Shown piece after piece: positions 1 through 10,057 of a stretch of 25,960 bases of DNA. Within the stretch, counting starts at the first letter, position 1, and each line of letters starts with the position of its first letter. The notes below the pieces were generated by a model, which saw nothing but the letters and a program-made list of their open reading frames with translations, did not search any database and was not told the DNA's origin. The stretch comes from a virus (lineage: Duplodnaviria > Caudoviricetes): positions 1 to 25,960 of the IMG/VR virus record IMGVR_UViG_3300018080_000537; one strand, given 5' to 3'. A program made the translations under genes and the position numbers.

Positions 1-390
1 ACAAGAACTAGGGACATAATTTTTAATAAAATCAATTACTCTCGGATACATCTTACATTCATCTGGTCTATTTTCATAGATACTACAAAATCCGTCCTTA
101 TAATATTTACAATTTATATTACTACAACACTTACCACATTTATTACAAAAACCGATTACCTTGTATTTAGTATTTAATTCTTCTACAACTAATTCTTCAT
201 TCTTAGATACAAAATCACTAATATCAATAAATCCTAATTTTCTTATACTATTAAGTAGTTCTAATTCTAATTCTATATGCTTTTTCCTGTAATTAGATTT
301 TTTATTAGATGATAATTCAATTCTGTCCCTTCTATATTTATCTATCTCTATTCTACCATCTATTATTTTTTGTAATAAAATTGAATCCAT
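1..390 (-). CDS. YkgJ/UPF0153-like CxxCxxCC cysteine-cluster protein (3' truncated by window edge; not in ORF track)
   Basis: Manual translation from ATG at 390 (TAATG overlap with the upstream stop): MDSILLQKII...FCNKCGKCCSNINCKYYKDGFCSIYENRPDECKMYP...; carries the CxxCxxCC and C-x-IYxxRPxxCxxYP family signatures; open to base 1. Confidence 0.85.
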   Translation of the reverse strand, partial: MDSILLQKIIDGRIEIDKYRRDRIELSSNKKSNYRKKHIELELELLNSIRKLGFIDISDFVSKNEELVVEELNTKYKVIGFCNKCGKCCSNINCKYYKDGFCSIYENRPDECKMYPRVIDFIKNYVPSSC

Positions 391-3300
391 TATATTACCG
401 CCCTCCAACTAAACGATTCAGAATCTGGAGATGAATGATACACTGTTACATTATCAGTATCAATAGTAAATGAATACATTATTGGTGATGTACCACTTGG
501 TGATAGATTAACCCAAGAAGGTTTGCTTCCACAATTATGAGCAAAAGTTGCTCCGTTGGCTACATATGCCCAACCATATCTCGTTGTTGAAGATGGTGCA
601 TATAAAGAAATTGCATTTGATGACCAACCAAATAAGGAGTCTATTCTAGTATCTAATGCACCAGAAATTGTATCAACATAATGTTTATTTGTTGCTGCGG
701 ATGGCCATATAGGATCTATAAGACCCGATATGGTGTTGGCTATAATATTAAAATCTGATGAAGTAATTGAACCACCAGAAATAATTTGTGATGATATGTA
801 AGAAAATATCCCATAACTAGATGGATGATAAAGTCCAATTGCATTTGTTGAGAAATTAAATAAATCAGTTAATTTACTATCTATCTGAGTGTGTGTATTA
901 CTACCTACATTTTGTATATTTGTATGGTCTATAGATGCCTCTGTAAAGTGAATAGAAGAATTACTTGAATGTCCGTAATATTCACTTGCTCCACTCCAAG
1001 CCACATCTGTAGTCATTCCAGGGTGGGTGTGTAGTGTAGTATCACTCCCATCAGTAAGGTCTACCCACTTGGCTCCGCCAGACTCTAAGAATCTACTAAT
1101 AGCATTACTAGATGTGATATAATTTTCTTTTACAAATTCATCTTGGTTCTCTAAAGTTTCTATTCTAGTATTAAAATTAGATGAAGTTGTAAATAAAGCT
1201 GTTATATTTTGATTTCCAAGGGATGATGGATAATAATTATCATTTAATACCGAGGTTAAATCTGATTCTTGATAATAGAATTTATCTACTGCAACCGAAG
1301 ATGCAATATAATCATCTACAGTAATAGTAATACTGCCAGATATCTTTCCATCTCCTGTAGTTGTAATTCCTAAACCATCTGTTGGTGAAGTCCAAGATAT
1401 ATCGCCAATTCCTGATTCTCCTTCTAGATTATCTAAACGAGTTTTATGTGCAGACGATGTATCAAATAAGGAAGTTATATCATCTTTAACATTAGATGAG
1501 AATGCATAGAATTCACTAGCTCCACTCCATAAACCAAATGTATCATGAGTATGTGTCGCTAAAGCAAATACTCCAGTACTTGTAGATGCATAAGCTTGAG
1601 AATATTTATTACCGGATGTCAATAAACTATCTAATCCATCGTGATTAGTATTATACCAATCATAATTTGTAGAGTATTCATCACCAGATGCCAGATAATT
1701 CTCTAATTGTGTATGATATGTATCGTACCACGAATAATTAGTACTATATTCATTACCACTTGATAATATACTTTCATATCTTTGTGAAGATGCATTAACC
1801 CAATTATAAGCATCTGTAGCATTAGATGAAAGAGTTTCTAAAGATAACCATGTTATTTCTGATACTCCCTCTAAAGCTTCTAATCTATCATCTATAGATC
1901 CAGATAAACTATCTATCCAAGTTTGAGTGTAGAAATTATTATCTATTTCTGTTTCAGTGTAGTATCTATCATCATGAGTATGAGAGGAGGCTCCATATAA
2001 ATCTAAAGCATTAGATGACCAAGAGAACAATGAATCGATTCTAGTATCAAGATTACTAGATATAGTATCAATTAATAATCTATTAACTTGTGAAGATGCG
2101 GTAAAGTCATCTCGAATAGAATCTACAGTAAAATGAATATTAGTATTTCCTGAGTGTCCTACATATTCATCATATCTCAATTTAGTTAGCGAAGATGGAG
2201 CAAAGTTAGTATCAGATTCTGTCTCTGTATAATATCTTCCATCATGATAATGATATGTAGATGCATCTCCTGCATCAGTTAATACACTATCTTGTGTAGC
2301 AGTAAGATGTTGATAGTCACCTTCATTTAACCCAGCCAGATTATTGTGAGTTGCTGCCTCAGCAGCATTAAATACAGTATCAAATGCAGTTTGAACTTCT
2401 ACTGGTGTATCAGTATTATATTTAAAAATAATTCTACCTAAGAAAATTCCACCATATTGGATGCAAATTGGTAGATTCGTAGGAGGGGATTCTTGTTCTG
2501 CCTCAGCAGTATTTGCATAACTACCTGTTCCATAAATCATTCCTGGAACTCCTTCAGCAGTTATGTAAACCCAAAGATTTGCATATTTGTTATTACCAAC
2601 AGTAGTTAGAGTTTCTGTGCCTGTATTATAATAATATAAATTTGGCCATTGTGTAGCAGTTTGATTTTCTACTGTGTATGTAGTTGGAGTTTTATATACA
2701 AACATTACAAACGTATCTCCAGCAGAGGTATCTATACTATCTCCAGCACCCTGTCCTGTTATATAATGTTCATTTAGACGTGACCATAATTTTCCTGCAG
2801 TTATATTTATATTTCTAGTACCAGTATTAGAAAGTATTAGACCTCCATAGGTAGCATCTCTTACTATTCTACCCATAGCATCTAATCTTTCTATAATATT
2901 TGTAATAGGATCTCTAACAGACCATTGATTTCTTGTAAAACAAATAGAGCCACTTCTATTAACAGCCAAACCAATAGGCCATTCTGTATCATAGTTCCAA
3001 GCATAACCAGGAGATGCAAATTTTACTTTTGGGTCTCCAGAATTCCACTCAATTCCAAACTCTTTTGGATTACTAGCAGTAATTGGAATGTTAGATGATG
3101 TAGGCCATGTTACAAAGTATTCTTTAGAAAAATCATTGTCGGTCTCACGAAGTAAACCTTGTCCTCCAGATACTGTTACATATAATGTTGGAGGACTTGT
3201 ATTGCTATTTGTGCTAACATGATAAATTGTACCTCCAGATATCCATCCAGGAGACTGAACTAATCTAAACCAATCTCTTACTGTATGTGTTATAGAATTA

Positions 3301-6110
3301 TTATCCCAATCAGATATGTAGATATCACTTACTAGAATATTATTAGATGACATTGATTGTGAAGATATTGCATTATAAATAACTCCACTTAGTAAGAATT
3401 TAGATTGTATATTGCTACTATCAGCAAATCGTTCTATCGTATTGGATGATGTAATATAAGAAGTTTTGTCAAAAATATCAGAGTTACTTGAAAACTCATA
3501 CCCTTGTTTAGCTTGTGAAGATATAGTAGAATATCCTAAAACTGTAATATCATTATCACCACTACCAGATATACCAACTCCGGTTAATGGTGCAATTCCA
3601 GTTCCTTCTGTAAGAGTTCCCCAATTTACTGGAGTATCTTCTATAGCCTCTATATCAGTTCTTAAATTACTAGATATAGCATTAATAAGAGAAATATTAA
3701 CATTTGAACTACCAGTATAGTCATCATCTAAAGAAGATTTTGTAAAGTGAATAGTACTATCGGAAGTGTGTGTGTTAAAAGAACCTGATAATCCAGCACC
3801 TATAGATGATGGATAGTATTCACTACCATCTAGTAAATCTTGTTTACTATCTAATCTTGTATCAATATTACCAGATAACGAATCAATCCATGTTTGTGTA
3901 TAATAATTATTTGATATATGAGTTATTATAGAACCACTTATTAAATCTACATAAGATTTATTAGATACTCCTGATGGATAAGTTGGAATTGATATTCCGG
4001 ATATCTCACCTAAGAAAGTTACTGAGCCACTAAAATATGAGTCTCCAGACACTTGGAAATTATAATTACCTAAGTCAAAGTTTTCATGTCCTATAATAAC
4101 TTTTCCATTATAATACAAATCTCCAGAATTATAATTCCATATATTTGAAGAATAAGTTTCTAAAGAATCCAATCTATTATCTGTATTACTTGAATAAGTA
4201 TCTATCCAACTACTATTATAATACAATGAACTATCAAAAATGTCTTTAACTTTCTGTCCAGAAAGATATCCTTGTTTAGCTTGAGATGATAATGTATAAT
4301 AAGATGAAATATATATTGCACCAGTATTATCATTATAAGATAATCCACTTGTTATTGCTTCACCTACAGCATCTTGTGCATTCTCATCAGTATATCCACC
4401 TGCAGCTTCTACGGTATCATCTACATATTTCTTTGTAGCTGGTTCATAATCTCCGTCTGGAGTAAATTCAGATATATTCTCTTTATATAAATATCTATCA
4501 TCATGTGTATGACTAGAAGCACCAAAAAGATTTATTGCATTAGAAGAAAATCCATAGAAATCACTTGCACCTGACCATGCTACATCTGATGTAGATATAG
4601 TTTGAGAAGACCAATAACCATTATCATTATCCCATAATAATCCTTGTCCATCAGATGGTGTCATCTCAGAAACGTCTGACAAATCTTCTATGGAGTGAGT
4701 ATGTACAGCAAGAGCAAATACTCCTGTAGATGTAGAGATGTATGCTTGAGAATATTTAGTTCCTGAAGCTAGTAAAGAAGTTAATCCTACATTATTAGTA
4801 TTGTACCAATCATAGTTAATACTATATTCATCTCCGCTTGCTATATAATCTGATATTTTAGATGAAGAGTTAGCGTACCATCCCCAAAGAGTATTTCCAG
4901 AGCCAATTAAAAAGAAGTTACTACTTGCAGTTGAACCATCTAATTTATTATTAAACGTATTCCAATCTGTAGATGATAAGTAACCATCTGTAGATGTATC
5001 TGCTTGAGATATACTTACTTCTGAAGTTCCACCAATTACCTGTCTAGTATTATCAAATGTTAATGGTGAAGATGCAGTGAGATTTCCTTTTGTTAAAGAA
5101 GGTTCAAAAACTCCTGTAGAGGTGCTTGCATATGCTTTAGAAAGTTTAGATGATGATGTATCATACCAAGTATCAAGTACTTTTACACTACTAGATACAG
5201 TATAATATCCAGTAGCTCCAGACCAAGAAGAGTCAAATCCAGTAGCACCAGATTGTTGGTATTCTCCATTCAACCAATTTAATATACTACTAGATGGGAA
5301 ATGTATATCATCATCATCCTTATGTGTCTGAAAAGCTCCAGAACCGGCGTAGTCATCATTTAAATCTGATTGTGTAAAATGTATGGTACTATCGTCAATA
5401 TGTTCAGATATAGATTGAGATGATTCTGTATACCAATCATGTGCAGTTTCCCAATCAGTAGAATGATCTCCAGCAGTCAAGGTATCTTGTTTATTTCCTA
5501 ACTTAGTCTGAGTAGCAGAGCTATCAGCAAATCTAATTATAGCATTTGAGGATGTTATATAATTAGTTGGAATAAATTCAATATTATTTTCTAAGTCTTC
5601 TAGTCTTGTATCAACATTGCCTGAATATGTATCCATCCAAGTTTTATCATAATAGTTATTAGATGTGTGAGTAATTATAGAACCTGATATTGTATCTATT
5701 TCACTTTTTGTATAATAATTATTATCTAAATCACTCTGTAAAGCAAATATACCAGTAGATGTGCTAATATAAGCTTGAGAATATTTTTGTGAAGAGTTAG
5801 CATACCAATTATTAAGTGTATTTACTAAACTCGATACTGAGTAAAATTCAATTGCACCAGACCAAGCAACATCTGTAGTAGAAACTTGAGCCCAAGTTAA
5901 TTTATCACTATTATCTTTATACTCTAAGAAATAACCATTAGTAGGTGAATTAGATATCTTTAGTTGATACTCTTGTATAGAATTTCCAGATATTGTACTA
6001 GATGGTAAGTAACCACCTGCACCACTAGCACCAATAACTTGTTCAGCATCTACCATTCCAGTGAAAGCATCATTCTTAGGAGCAATTTTATCTATTAAAA
6101 CTATTGCCAT
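390..6110 (-). CDS. Giant (1906 aa) acidic Ser/Thr/Asp-rich repetitive tail fibre/adhesin-like virion protein
   Basis: Repeated modules DVAWSGA..FY, YSQAY.STSTGVFA, WIDxxSGxxDxRL, SxIHFT, YITSSNAI.RF; HxH fibre-type metal motifs (HTHDDRY); GGTGA SD; located after the tail genes. Confidence 0.7.
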   Translation of the reverse strand: MAIVLIDKIAPKNDAFTGMVDAEQVIGASGAGGYLPSSTISGNSIQEYQLKISNSPTNGYFLEYKDNSDKLTWAQVSTTDVAWSGAIEFYSVSSLVNTLNNWYANSSQKYSQAYISTSTGIFALQSDLDNNYYTKSEIDTISGSIITHTSNNYYDKTWMDTYSGNVDTRLEDLENNIEFIPTNYITSSNAIIRFADSSATQTKLGNKQDTLTAGDHSTDWETAHDWYTESSQSISEHIDDSTIHFTQSDLNDDYAGSGAFQTHKDDDDIHFPSSSILNWLNGEYQQSGATGFDSSWSGATGYYTVSSSVKVLDTWYDTSSSKLSKAYASTSTGVFEPSLTKGNLTASSPLTFDNTRQVIGGTSEVSISQADTSTDGYLSSTDWNTFNNKLDGSTASSNFFLIGSGNTLWGWYANSSSKISDYIASGDEYSINYDWYNTNNVGLTSLLASGTKYSQAYISTSTGVFALAVHTHSIEDLSDVSEMTPSDGQGLLWDNDNGYWSSQTISTSDVAWSGASDFYGFSSNAINLFGASSHTHDDRYLYKENISEFTPDGDYEPATKKYVDDTVEAAGGYTDENAQDAVGEAITSGLSYNDNTGAIYISSYYTLSSQAKQGYLSGQKVKDIFDSSLYYNSSWIDTYSSNTDNRLDSLETYSSNIWNYNSGDLYYNGKVIIGHENFDLGNYNFQVSGDSYFSGSVTFLGEISGISIPTYPSGVSNKSYVDLISGSIITHISNNYYTQTWIDSLSGNIDTRLDSKQDLLDGSEYYPSSIGAGLSGSFNTHTSDSTIHFTKSSLDDDYTGSSNVNISLINAISSNLRTDIEAIEDTPVNWGTLTEGTGIAPLTGVGISGSGDNDITVLGYSTISSQAKQGYEFSSNSDIFDKTSYITSSNTIERFADSSNIQSKFLLSGVIYNAISSQSMSSNNILVSDIYISDWDNNSITHTVRDWFRLVQSPGWISGGTIYHVSTNSNTSPPTLYVTVSGGQGLLRETDNDFSKEYFVTWPTSSNIPITASNPKEFGIEWNSGDPKVKFASPGYAWNYDTEWPIGLAVNRSGSICFTRNQWSVRDPITNIIERLDAMGRIVRDATYGGLILSNTGTRNINITAGKLWSRLNEHYITGQGAGDSIDTSAGDTFVMFVYKTPTTYTVENQTATQWPNLYYYNTGTETLTTVGNNKYANLWVYITAEGVPGMIYGTGSYANTAEAEQESPPTNLPICIQYGGIFLGRIIFKYNTDTPVEVQTAFDTVFNAAEAATHNNLAGLNEGDYQHLTATQDSVLTDAGDASTYHYHDGRYYTETESDTNFAPSSLTKLRYDEYVGHSGNTNIHFTVDSIRDDFTASSQVNRLLIDTISSNLDTRIDSLFSWSSNALDLYGASSHTHDDRYYTETEIDNNFYTQTWIDSLSGSIDDRLEALEGVSEITWLSLETLSSNATDAYNWVNASSQRYESILSSGNEYSTNYSWYDTYHTQLENYLASGDEYSTNYDWYNTNHDGLDSLLTSGNKYSQAYASTSTGVFALATHTHDTFGLWSGASEFYAFSSNVKDDITSLFDTSSAHKTRLDNLEGESGIGDISWTSPTDGLGITTTGDGKISGSITITVDDYIASSVAVDKFYYQESDLTSVLNDNYYPSSLGNQNITALFTTSSNFNTRIETLENQDEFVKENYITSSNAISRFLESGGAKWVDLTDGSDTTLHTHPGMTTDVAWSGASEYYGHSSNSSIHFTEASIDHTNIQNVGSNTHTQIDSKLTDLFNFSTNAIGLYHPSSYGIFSYISSQIISGGSITSSDFNIIANTISGLIDPIWPSAATNKHYVDTISGALDTRIDSLFGWSSNAISLYAPSSTTRYGWAYVANGATFAHNCGSKPSWVNLSPSGTSPIMYSFTIDTDNVTVYHSSPDSESFSWRAVI

Positions 6111-6121
6111 TTAATATCACC

Positions 6122-7411
6122 TTAAGTAGTTTGTACAGTAGTAGATCCTAAACTATGATTGGTACTTCTCCAGACATAATAATCTTCTGTCCAACCATTA
6201 GCATTAGTAACTGAAACAGTTTCAGGAGATTCAAATCCACCTTCAAATCCACCAACATAAAAAGTTACAGTTCCTAGTCTCTTAGGAAATGCAAATAATA
6301 AATATTCATTAGCACCAGCATTCACTGCATTCCAAGTTTGAGTATTATCATTTGTAATTGTACTGTTACCTAATCCTTCTACATCTGCTTCTGTATAAGT
6401 ATCTGTTTTAGATGTTACCCCATAGTATAGATAGTTAATTTCAGTATATCTTGTATCAAACGAATGACTTCCCAAATTATCAGATTCAGATGCATAAACA
6501 TAATAATTTTCAGTATACCCTGCAGAATTTGTAATAGATACTGTTTCTGCAGTTTTCATTGCAATTGTAATTCCATTAAATCTAAAAGAAGATCCTCCAT
6601 CATCTTCATAATCATCTCCAGAACTCAAAGTTCCATAAGAATTTGGATAAGCTAATACAATATACTCTCCTACTCCAGGATTTATTGTTCCCCATAATTG
6701 AGTTTTATCATTAGATAATTCACTTCCAGCTAATCCTTCTACATCAGCTTCTGAGAATGAAGAATTTTTAGAAGCTTTCCCATAATAAATATAGTTTCTA
6801 AAATATATTGAAGATTCTACTGTTGAATCTGTATCTGTATCACAATTTGCACTTAATCTAAATCTAAGATATTGATCTTTAGATGCAGGATAATTTATAT
6901 CTCCTTCATCATTAGTTCCTGATTCATAATCTGATGGAGACATACTTCCTACTTTGGAATATGCTCCTCCATTATTTGACATTTGAACCCAAGCACCATC
7001 TGGTGGACCATTATTATATGAAGCTGAAAACGTCATATTACTATTAGATTCCCATACTCCAGTTCCTATTAGTTGAGTTGTACTTTCTCCATCACTAAAA
7101 GATGCTATAGAAAATTCAAAAGTAGTATCATAAGCAGCTGGAACCCAATTACTTCCATTCCATTTAAGAACTTCATCTCTTTGTGGAGTATCAGAAGATG
7201 TATCAACATCATTCATAACATCAACGGATGAATTTGTTGAAATATATACATTATTCAACCATGGAGTTATAGATGATGATGGAAAATGTATATCTGTATT
7301 AGATGAATGACTATAATAATTACTACTAACCCATTCAACAGTATCTGCTTGATTAGTCCACTCAGTAGCATCTATTAACTGTCCTTCACTTTTCTCATCC
7401 ATCCATGTCAT
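6122..7411 (-). CDS. Virion fibre-associated protein with a tandem-duplicated C-terminal beta domain
   Basis: Two copies of NY.YYG..SK....EADVEGL......ND.TQ.W...N.G..EY...A.P...GT...ETVS.TN..G.TE.YYV..S....LGS; N-terminus shares IHFPSSSI..WLN with the 1906-aa protein. Confidence 0.6.
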   Translation of the reverse strand: MTWMDEKSEGQLIDATEWTNQADTVEWVSSNYYSHSSNTDIHFPSSSITPWLNNVYISTNSSVDVMNDVDTSSDTPQRDEVLKWNGSNWVPAAYDTTFEFSIASFSDGESTTQLIGTGVWESNSNMTFSASYNNGPPDGAWVQMSNNGGAYSKVGSMSPSDYESGTNDEGDINYPASKDQYLRFRLSANCDTDTDSTVESSIYFRNYIYYGKASKNSSFSEADVEGLAGSELSNDKTQLWGTINPGVGEYIVLAYPNSYGTLSSGDDYEDDGGSSFRFNGITIAMKTAETVSITNSAGYTENYYVYASESDNLGSHSFDTRYTEINYLYYGVTSKTDTYTEADVEGLGNSTITNDNTQTWNAVNAGANEYLLFAFPKRLGTVTFYVGGFEGGFESPETVSVTNANGWTEDYYVWRSTNHSLGSTTVQTT

Positions 7412-7441
7412 AATTTTACTTCCTCTAATATTACTTTAACA

Positions 7442-8032
7442 TTAATTAATATAAATTTTATTTGTTTGGTTTTTTTGTATTATCACTTTTTTATTAGAAT
7501 TACTAAATGTAATAGGTTTTCTAATTGGAGTTTCGTCATTAGTATAGAATACATATCCTTTAATATAATCTACATACCCACTATTGTTGCAGCCATTTGT
7601 ATAGGATACATCTAAATTAACTTTCATTTTCCAGTTATAATTTTCTAATGAATCATTCCAAGTCAAGTCCCATAATTCAGTTGGTCCTCCAACTGAATAT
7701 ATTTCATATCCGTCAGATTCTATAGTAGGAGTTTCTATTGCCTTTCCCCAAGTCTGTCCACTATCATTTGAAACAATTATATAAAATCTCAAATCAGAAA
7801 AACTTTGAGCTTCTATATCTATTCTAGCCCCAACTATTGTTGCACCTGCTGGAATTGACCAATCAAATCCACCATAAACACCATAATCTGCTGGACTATC
7901 TAAATTTGCACACATTTTATCTAAATAATTACTAGAATCATCTGCAAGTGCAGATATATAACGTGATTCTGTTATAGGATAAGCTCCACTAACAAACCAC
8001 TGTATTATAGATGATGATGAATATACGGTCAT
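7442..8032 (-). CDS. Putative virion protein with beta-sandwich/carbohydrate-binding-like domain
   Basis: GFDWSIPAGATIVGARIDIE and YSVGGPTELWDLTW resemble recurring phage surface-protein beta domains; start reassigned to ATG 8032 (GGAG SD); the track start is 8056. Confidence 0.45.
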   Translation of the reverse strand: MTVYSSSSIIQWFVSGAYPITESRYISALADDSSNYLDKMCANLDSPADYGVYGGFDWSIPAGATIVGARIDIEAQSFSDLRFYIIVSNDSGQTWGKAIETPTIESDGYEIYSVGGPTELWDLTWNDSLENYNWKMKVNLDVSYTNGCNNSGYVDYIKGYVFYTNDETPIRKPITFSNSNKKVIIQKNQTNKIYIN

Positions 8033-8033
8033 T

Positions 8034-8585
8034 CTAAAGCTCCAATAAATTATCAATAGTATTAACTATATTATAATAGATATCTCTACTATCCTCTTCA
8101 ATTTGACTAGAAGAATACGTCTTCAACCAATTAAACTCATCACTTCTAAACATGAAAGATGACATTCTTCCGTTTACAGTCTTTATTTCTAATTTATTTA
8201 ATTCTTGAAAGGAGTACCTCATCAAATCCTCTATTTGATTTCTTCCATCTTGTGTACCAAAGTTATATAATATTAATTCATTAGTTGCATTGTTATTAAC
8301 TATATTCCATTGAGTGTATGCGAGTATATTTCCATTTGTTTCGTAACAATAGCCTTTAACATTTCTTAAAATATTATCATAATATACGACATTAGATATA
8401 GTTGGAAATCTTATCATTTCTCCTTGCCATATTCTCTTCAATTCATCAGAAGATAAATATCGATTATTTTCTTTTTTGTATTGACTTGATGTATTTTGTT
8501 GCCACTGACGATATGATTCATATAAATTATAAATAGAATTAAAGTCATTTTCTGTTACATGTCTTAATGTCATTTTATAAACCAT
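8034..8585 (-). CDS. GNAT-fold-like protein (possibly degenerate acetyltransferase)
   Basis: LRHVTENDFNSIYNLY, YCYETNGNILAY and GRNQIEDLMRYSFQELNKLEIKTV follow the GNAT secondary-structure pattern; the acetyl-CoA loop (R/QxxGxG) is not canonical. Confidence 0.45.
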   Translation of the reverse strand: MVYKMTLRHVTENDFNSIYNLYESYRQWQQNTSSQYKKENNRYLSSDELKRIWQGEMIRFPTISNVVYYDNILRNVKGYCYETNGNILAYTQWNIVNNNATNELILYNFGTQDGRNQIEDLMRYSFQELNKLEIKTVNGRMSSFMFRSDEFNWLKTYSSSQIEEDSRDIYYNIVNTIDNLLEL

Positions 8586-8602
8586 CTATATTAATAATAT
8601 TT

Positions 8603-9226
8603 CTATTCTACCTTACAATTACCATATTCATCAATTCTTAATTTAAATTGAGTATTCTTTCCATTTATTGTTTGTTGTGCTCCAATGATATATTCTATCC
8701 ATCTTCTTTCCCTAGAATGTTGTTCAGATGTTATTTTATGATTTTGTAGATGTCCCTTACATATTGGACATAATCCATTAGCAGTTTCCTCAAACACATA
8801 TTTCTTATCATCTTTTGGACAATATAAATAATCATGAGAACCGCAGTGTGGACATATTGGAGATGGATATTTACTATTTATTCTTGGAGATTTATCAGTA
8901 TATACAAATTCCTTCTTACATTCATTACATAGATGATATTGTTCTTGTGATATATATACATCTCTATAGTATATAGGTCTTCTATCATCTTTTATAAGAA
9001 TAGAATATGAAGGAAGAAAGGGAATAGATTTTAACTCAATATTGTCATCCTTGTTAAAAACCTCTTCATGAGATTTTGTAAAAGGTTGTAAATCTAACTT
9101 AATTAGTTTATTAATAGATATATTGTCAAAAATTTTGACTTCTCCATTAATACTGTCATATTGTGGAAGTTTACTACCATCATTATAGATAGCATTCCAC
9201 ATATAAACTAAAGGTCTTGAACCCAT
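8603..9226 (-). CDS. Hypothetical phage protein with an inserted multi-Cys zinc-ribbon region
   Basis: CNEC, CPHC, CPKD and CPIC knuckles lie between the N-terminal W.A.Y.DG..L.QYD segment and the C-terminal YIIG.Q..INGKN segment. Confidence 0.55.
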   Translation of the reverse strand: MGSRPLVYMWNAIYNDGSKLPQYDSINGEVKIFDNISINKLIKLDLQPFTKSHEEVFNKDDNIELKSIPFLPSYSILIKDDRRPIYYRDVYISQEQYHLCNECKKEFVYTDKSPRINSKYPSPICPHCGSHDYLYCPKDDKKYVFEETANGLCPICKGHLQNHKITSEQHSRERRWIEYIIGAQQTINGKNTQFKLRIDEYGNCKVE

Positions 9227-9236
9227 AAGATACCTC

Positions 9237-9286
9237 TAGAGGATTGTATTCCTCTAATTATAGACCATTGTATTGGTGAGACACCA
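9237..9286 (-). promoter_or_regulatory. Twin hairpins with an identical ATACAA loop just upstream of the SD of the 8603..9226 gene
   Basis: Minus strand ACCA-ATACAA-TGGT (9264-9277) and TAGAGGA-ATACAA-TCCTCTA (9237-9256), followed by the GAGGT SD. Confidence 0.45.
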
Positions 9287-9330
9287 TATAAATACATAAA
9301 AAAATATAAAATAAAATACATTAATACAAT

Positions 9331-10020
9331 TTATGCTTCTGTATATGAGAATGTTGCTGTTTTATCAGTTTTATCTCCAGCAGTAGCTCCACTACCTACT
9401 AATACTTGAGTTACTATACAATATGTTCTTCCAGTTGTAGCACCTAATGCTTGTCCTGATTGTACCATAATTGCATTAGATAGTGTATCAAAGTGTTCTA
9501 TAGATACCATACCACCAGATGCTGGACTTGAACATCCTAGATAATAGTCATGTCCATTTGTAGCAGTTGATATAGGATAACCATATACTCCTTGAACTCC
9601 TCCTGCTTGTTTATATTGACCTGATGGAAATCCTTGAGTTACTATCTTAGCATCAGCAATTGTAGATGAGGAAATTCCTATATATAATCCTGGTCTAATT
9701 CCTGCTCCTGCCCAACTAGCCCCATCTAAATCCCAATCTGTATTTGGATCTACAGACCAAGTTTGGTAATATTTAACATTCTTGATATAAGTATCAGGAG
9801 CAAATGTACAATTTAGACAGTGAGTAACCCAATAAGAACCACTAATTCCATTAGCATTAGTTGGTATTGGAATAGGATATGTAGTAATAGAACTATCAGA
9901 ACCATCATCATATGTCATATACCTAGTACCTAATCCAGAATTAACTGAATTACTATCTCTAGCAGAGAATGTACCAGGTGAAGCACCGTATACTTGTTCT
10001 ATTTGAACTGTTGCAGTCAT
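9331..10020 (-). CDS. Putative tail-associated structural protein (229 aa)
   Basis: Gly/Ser/Thr-rich, beta-rich composition; PIPIP...SYW motif; ends F.Y.E; directly follows the chaperone gene. Confidence 0.5.
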   Translation of the reverse strand: MTATVQIEQVYGASPGTFSARDSNSVNSGLGTRYMTYDDGSDSSITTYPIPIPTNANGISGSYWVTHCLNCTFAPDTYIKNVKYYQTWSVDPNTDWDLDGASWAGAGIRPGLYIGISSSTIADAKIVTQGFPSGQYKQAGGVQGVYGYPISTATNGHDYYLGCSSPASGGMVSIEHFDTLSNAIMVQSGQALGATTGRTYCIVTQVLVGSGATAGDKTDKTATFSYTEA

Positions 10021-10057
10021 AATTTCTATTCCTTATATATTACATATATGACATACA

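Noticed and set aside
1560-5790. DNA repeats (GCAAATAC..C.GTA...GCTTGAGAATATTT) as a CRISPR array or DGR template/variable repeats
   Set aside because: They are irregularly spaced, in-frame protein repeats with mostly synonymous differences; there is no adenine-specific pattern, and no reverse transcriptase or cas gene in the window.
390-6110. 1906-aa protein as the tape measure protein
   Set aside because: Its composition (Ser/Asp/Thr/Tyr-rich, HxH motifs, beta-rich core) and position five genes after the TAC fit a fibre or adhesin, not an Ala/Leu/Gly-rich helical TMP; not fully excluded without structure prediction.
8034-8585. GNAT-like protein as a dedicated acetylase of the viral Alba
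   Set aside because: The genes are 14 kb apart, the GNAT acetyl-CoA loop is degenerate, and the viral Alba has Asp at the position equivalent to the acetylated Lys.
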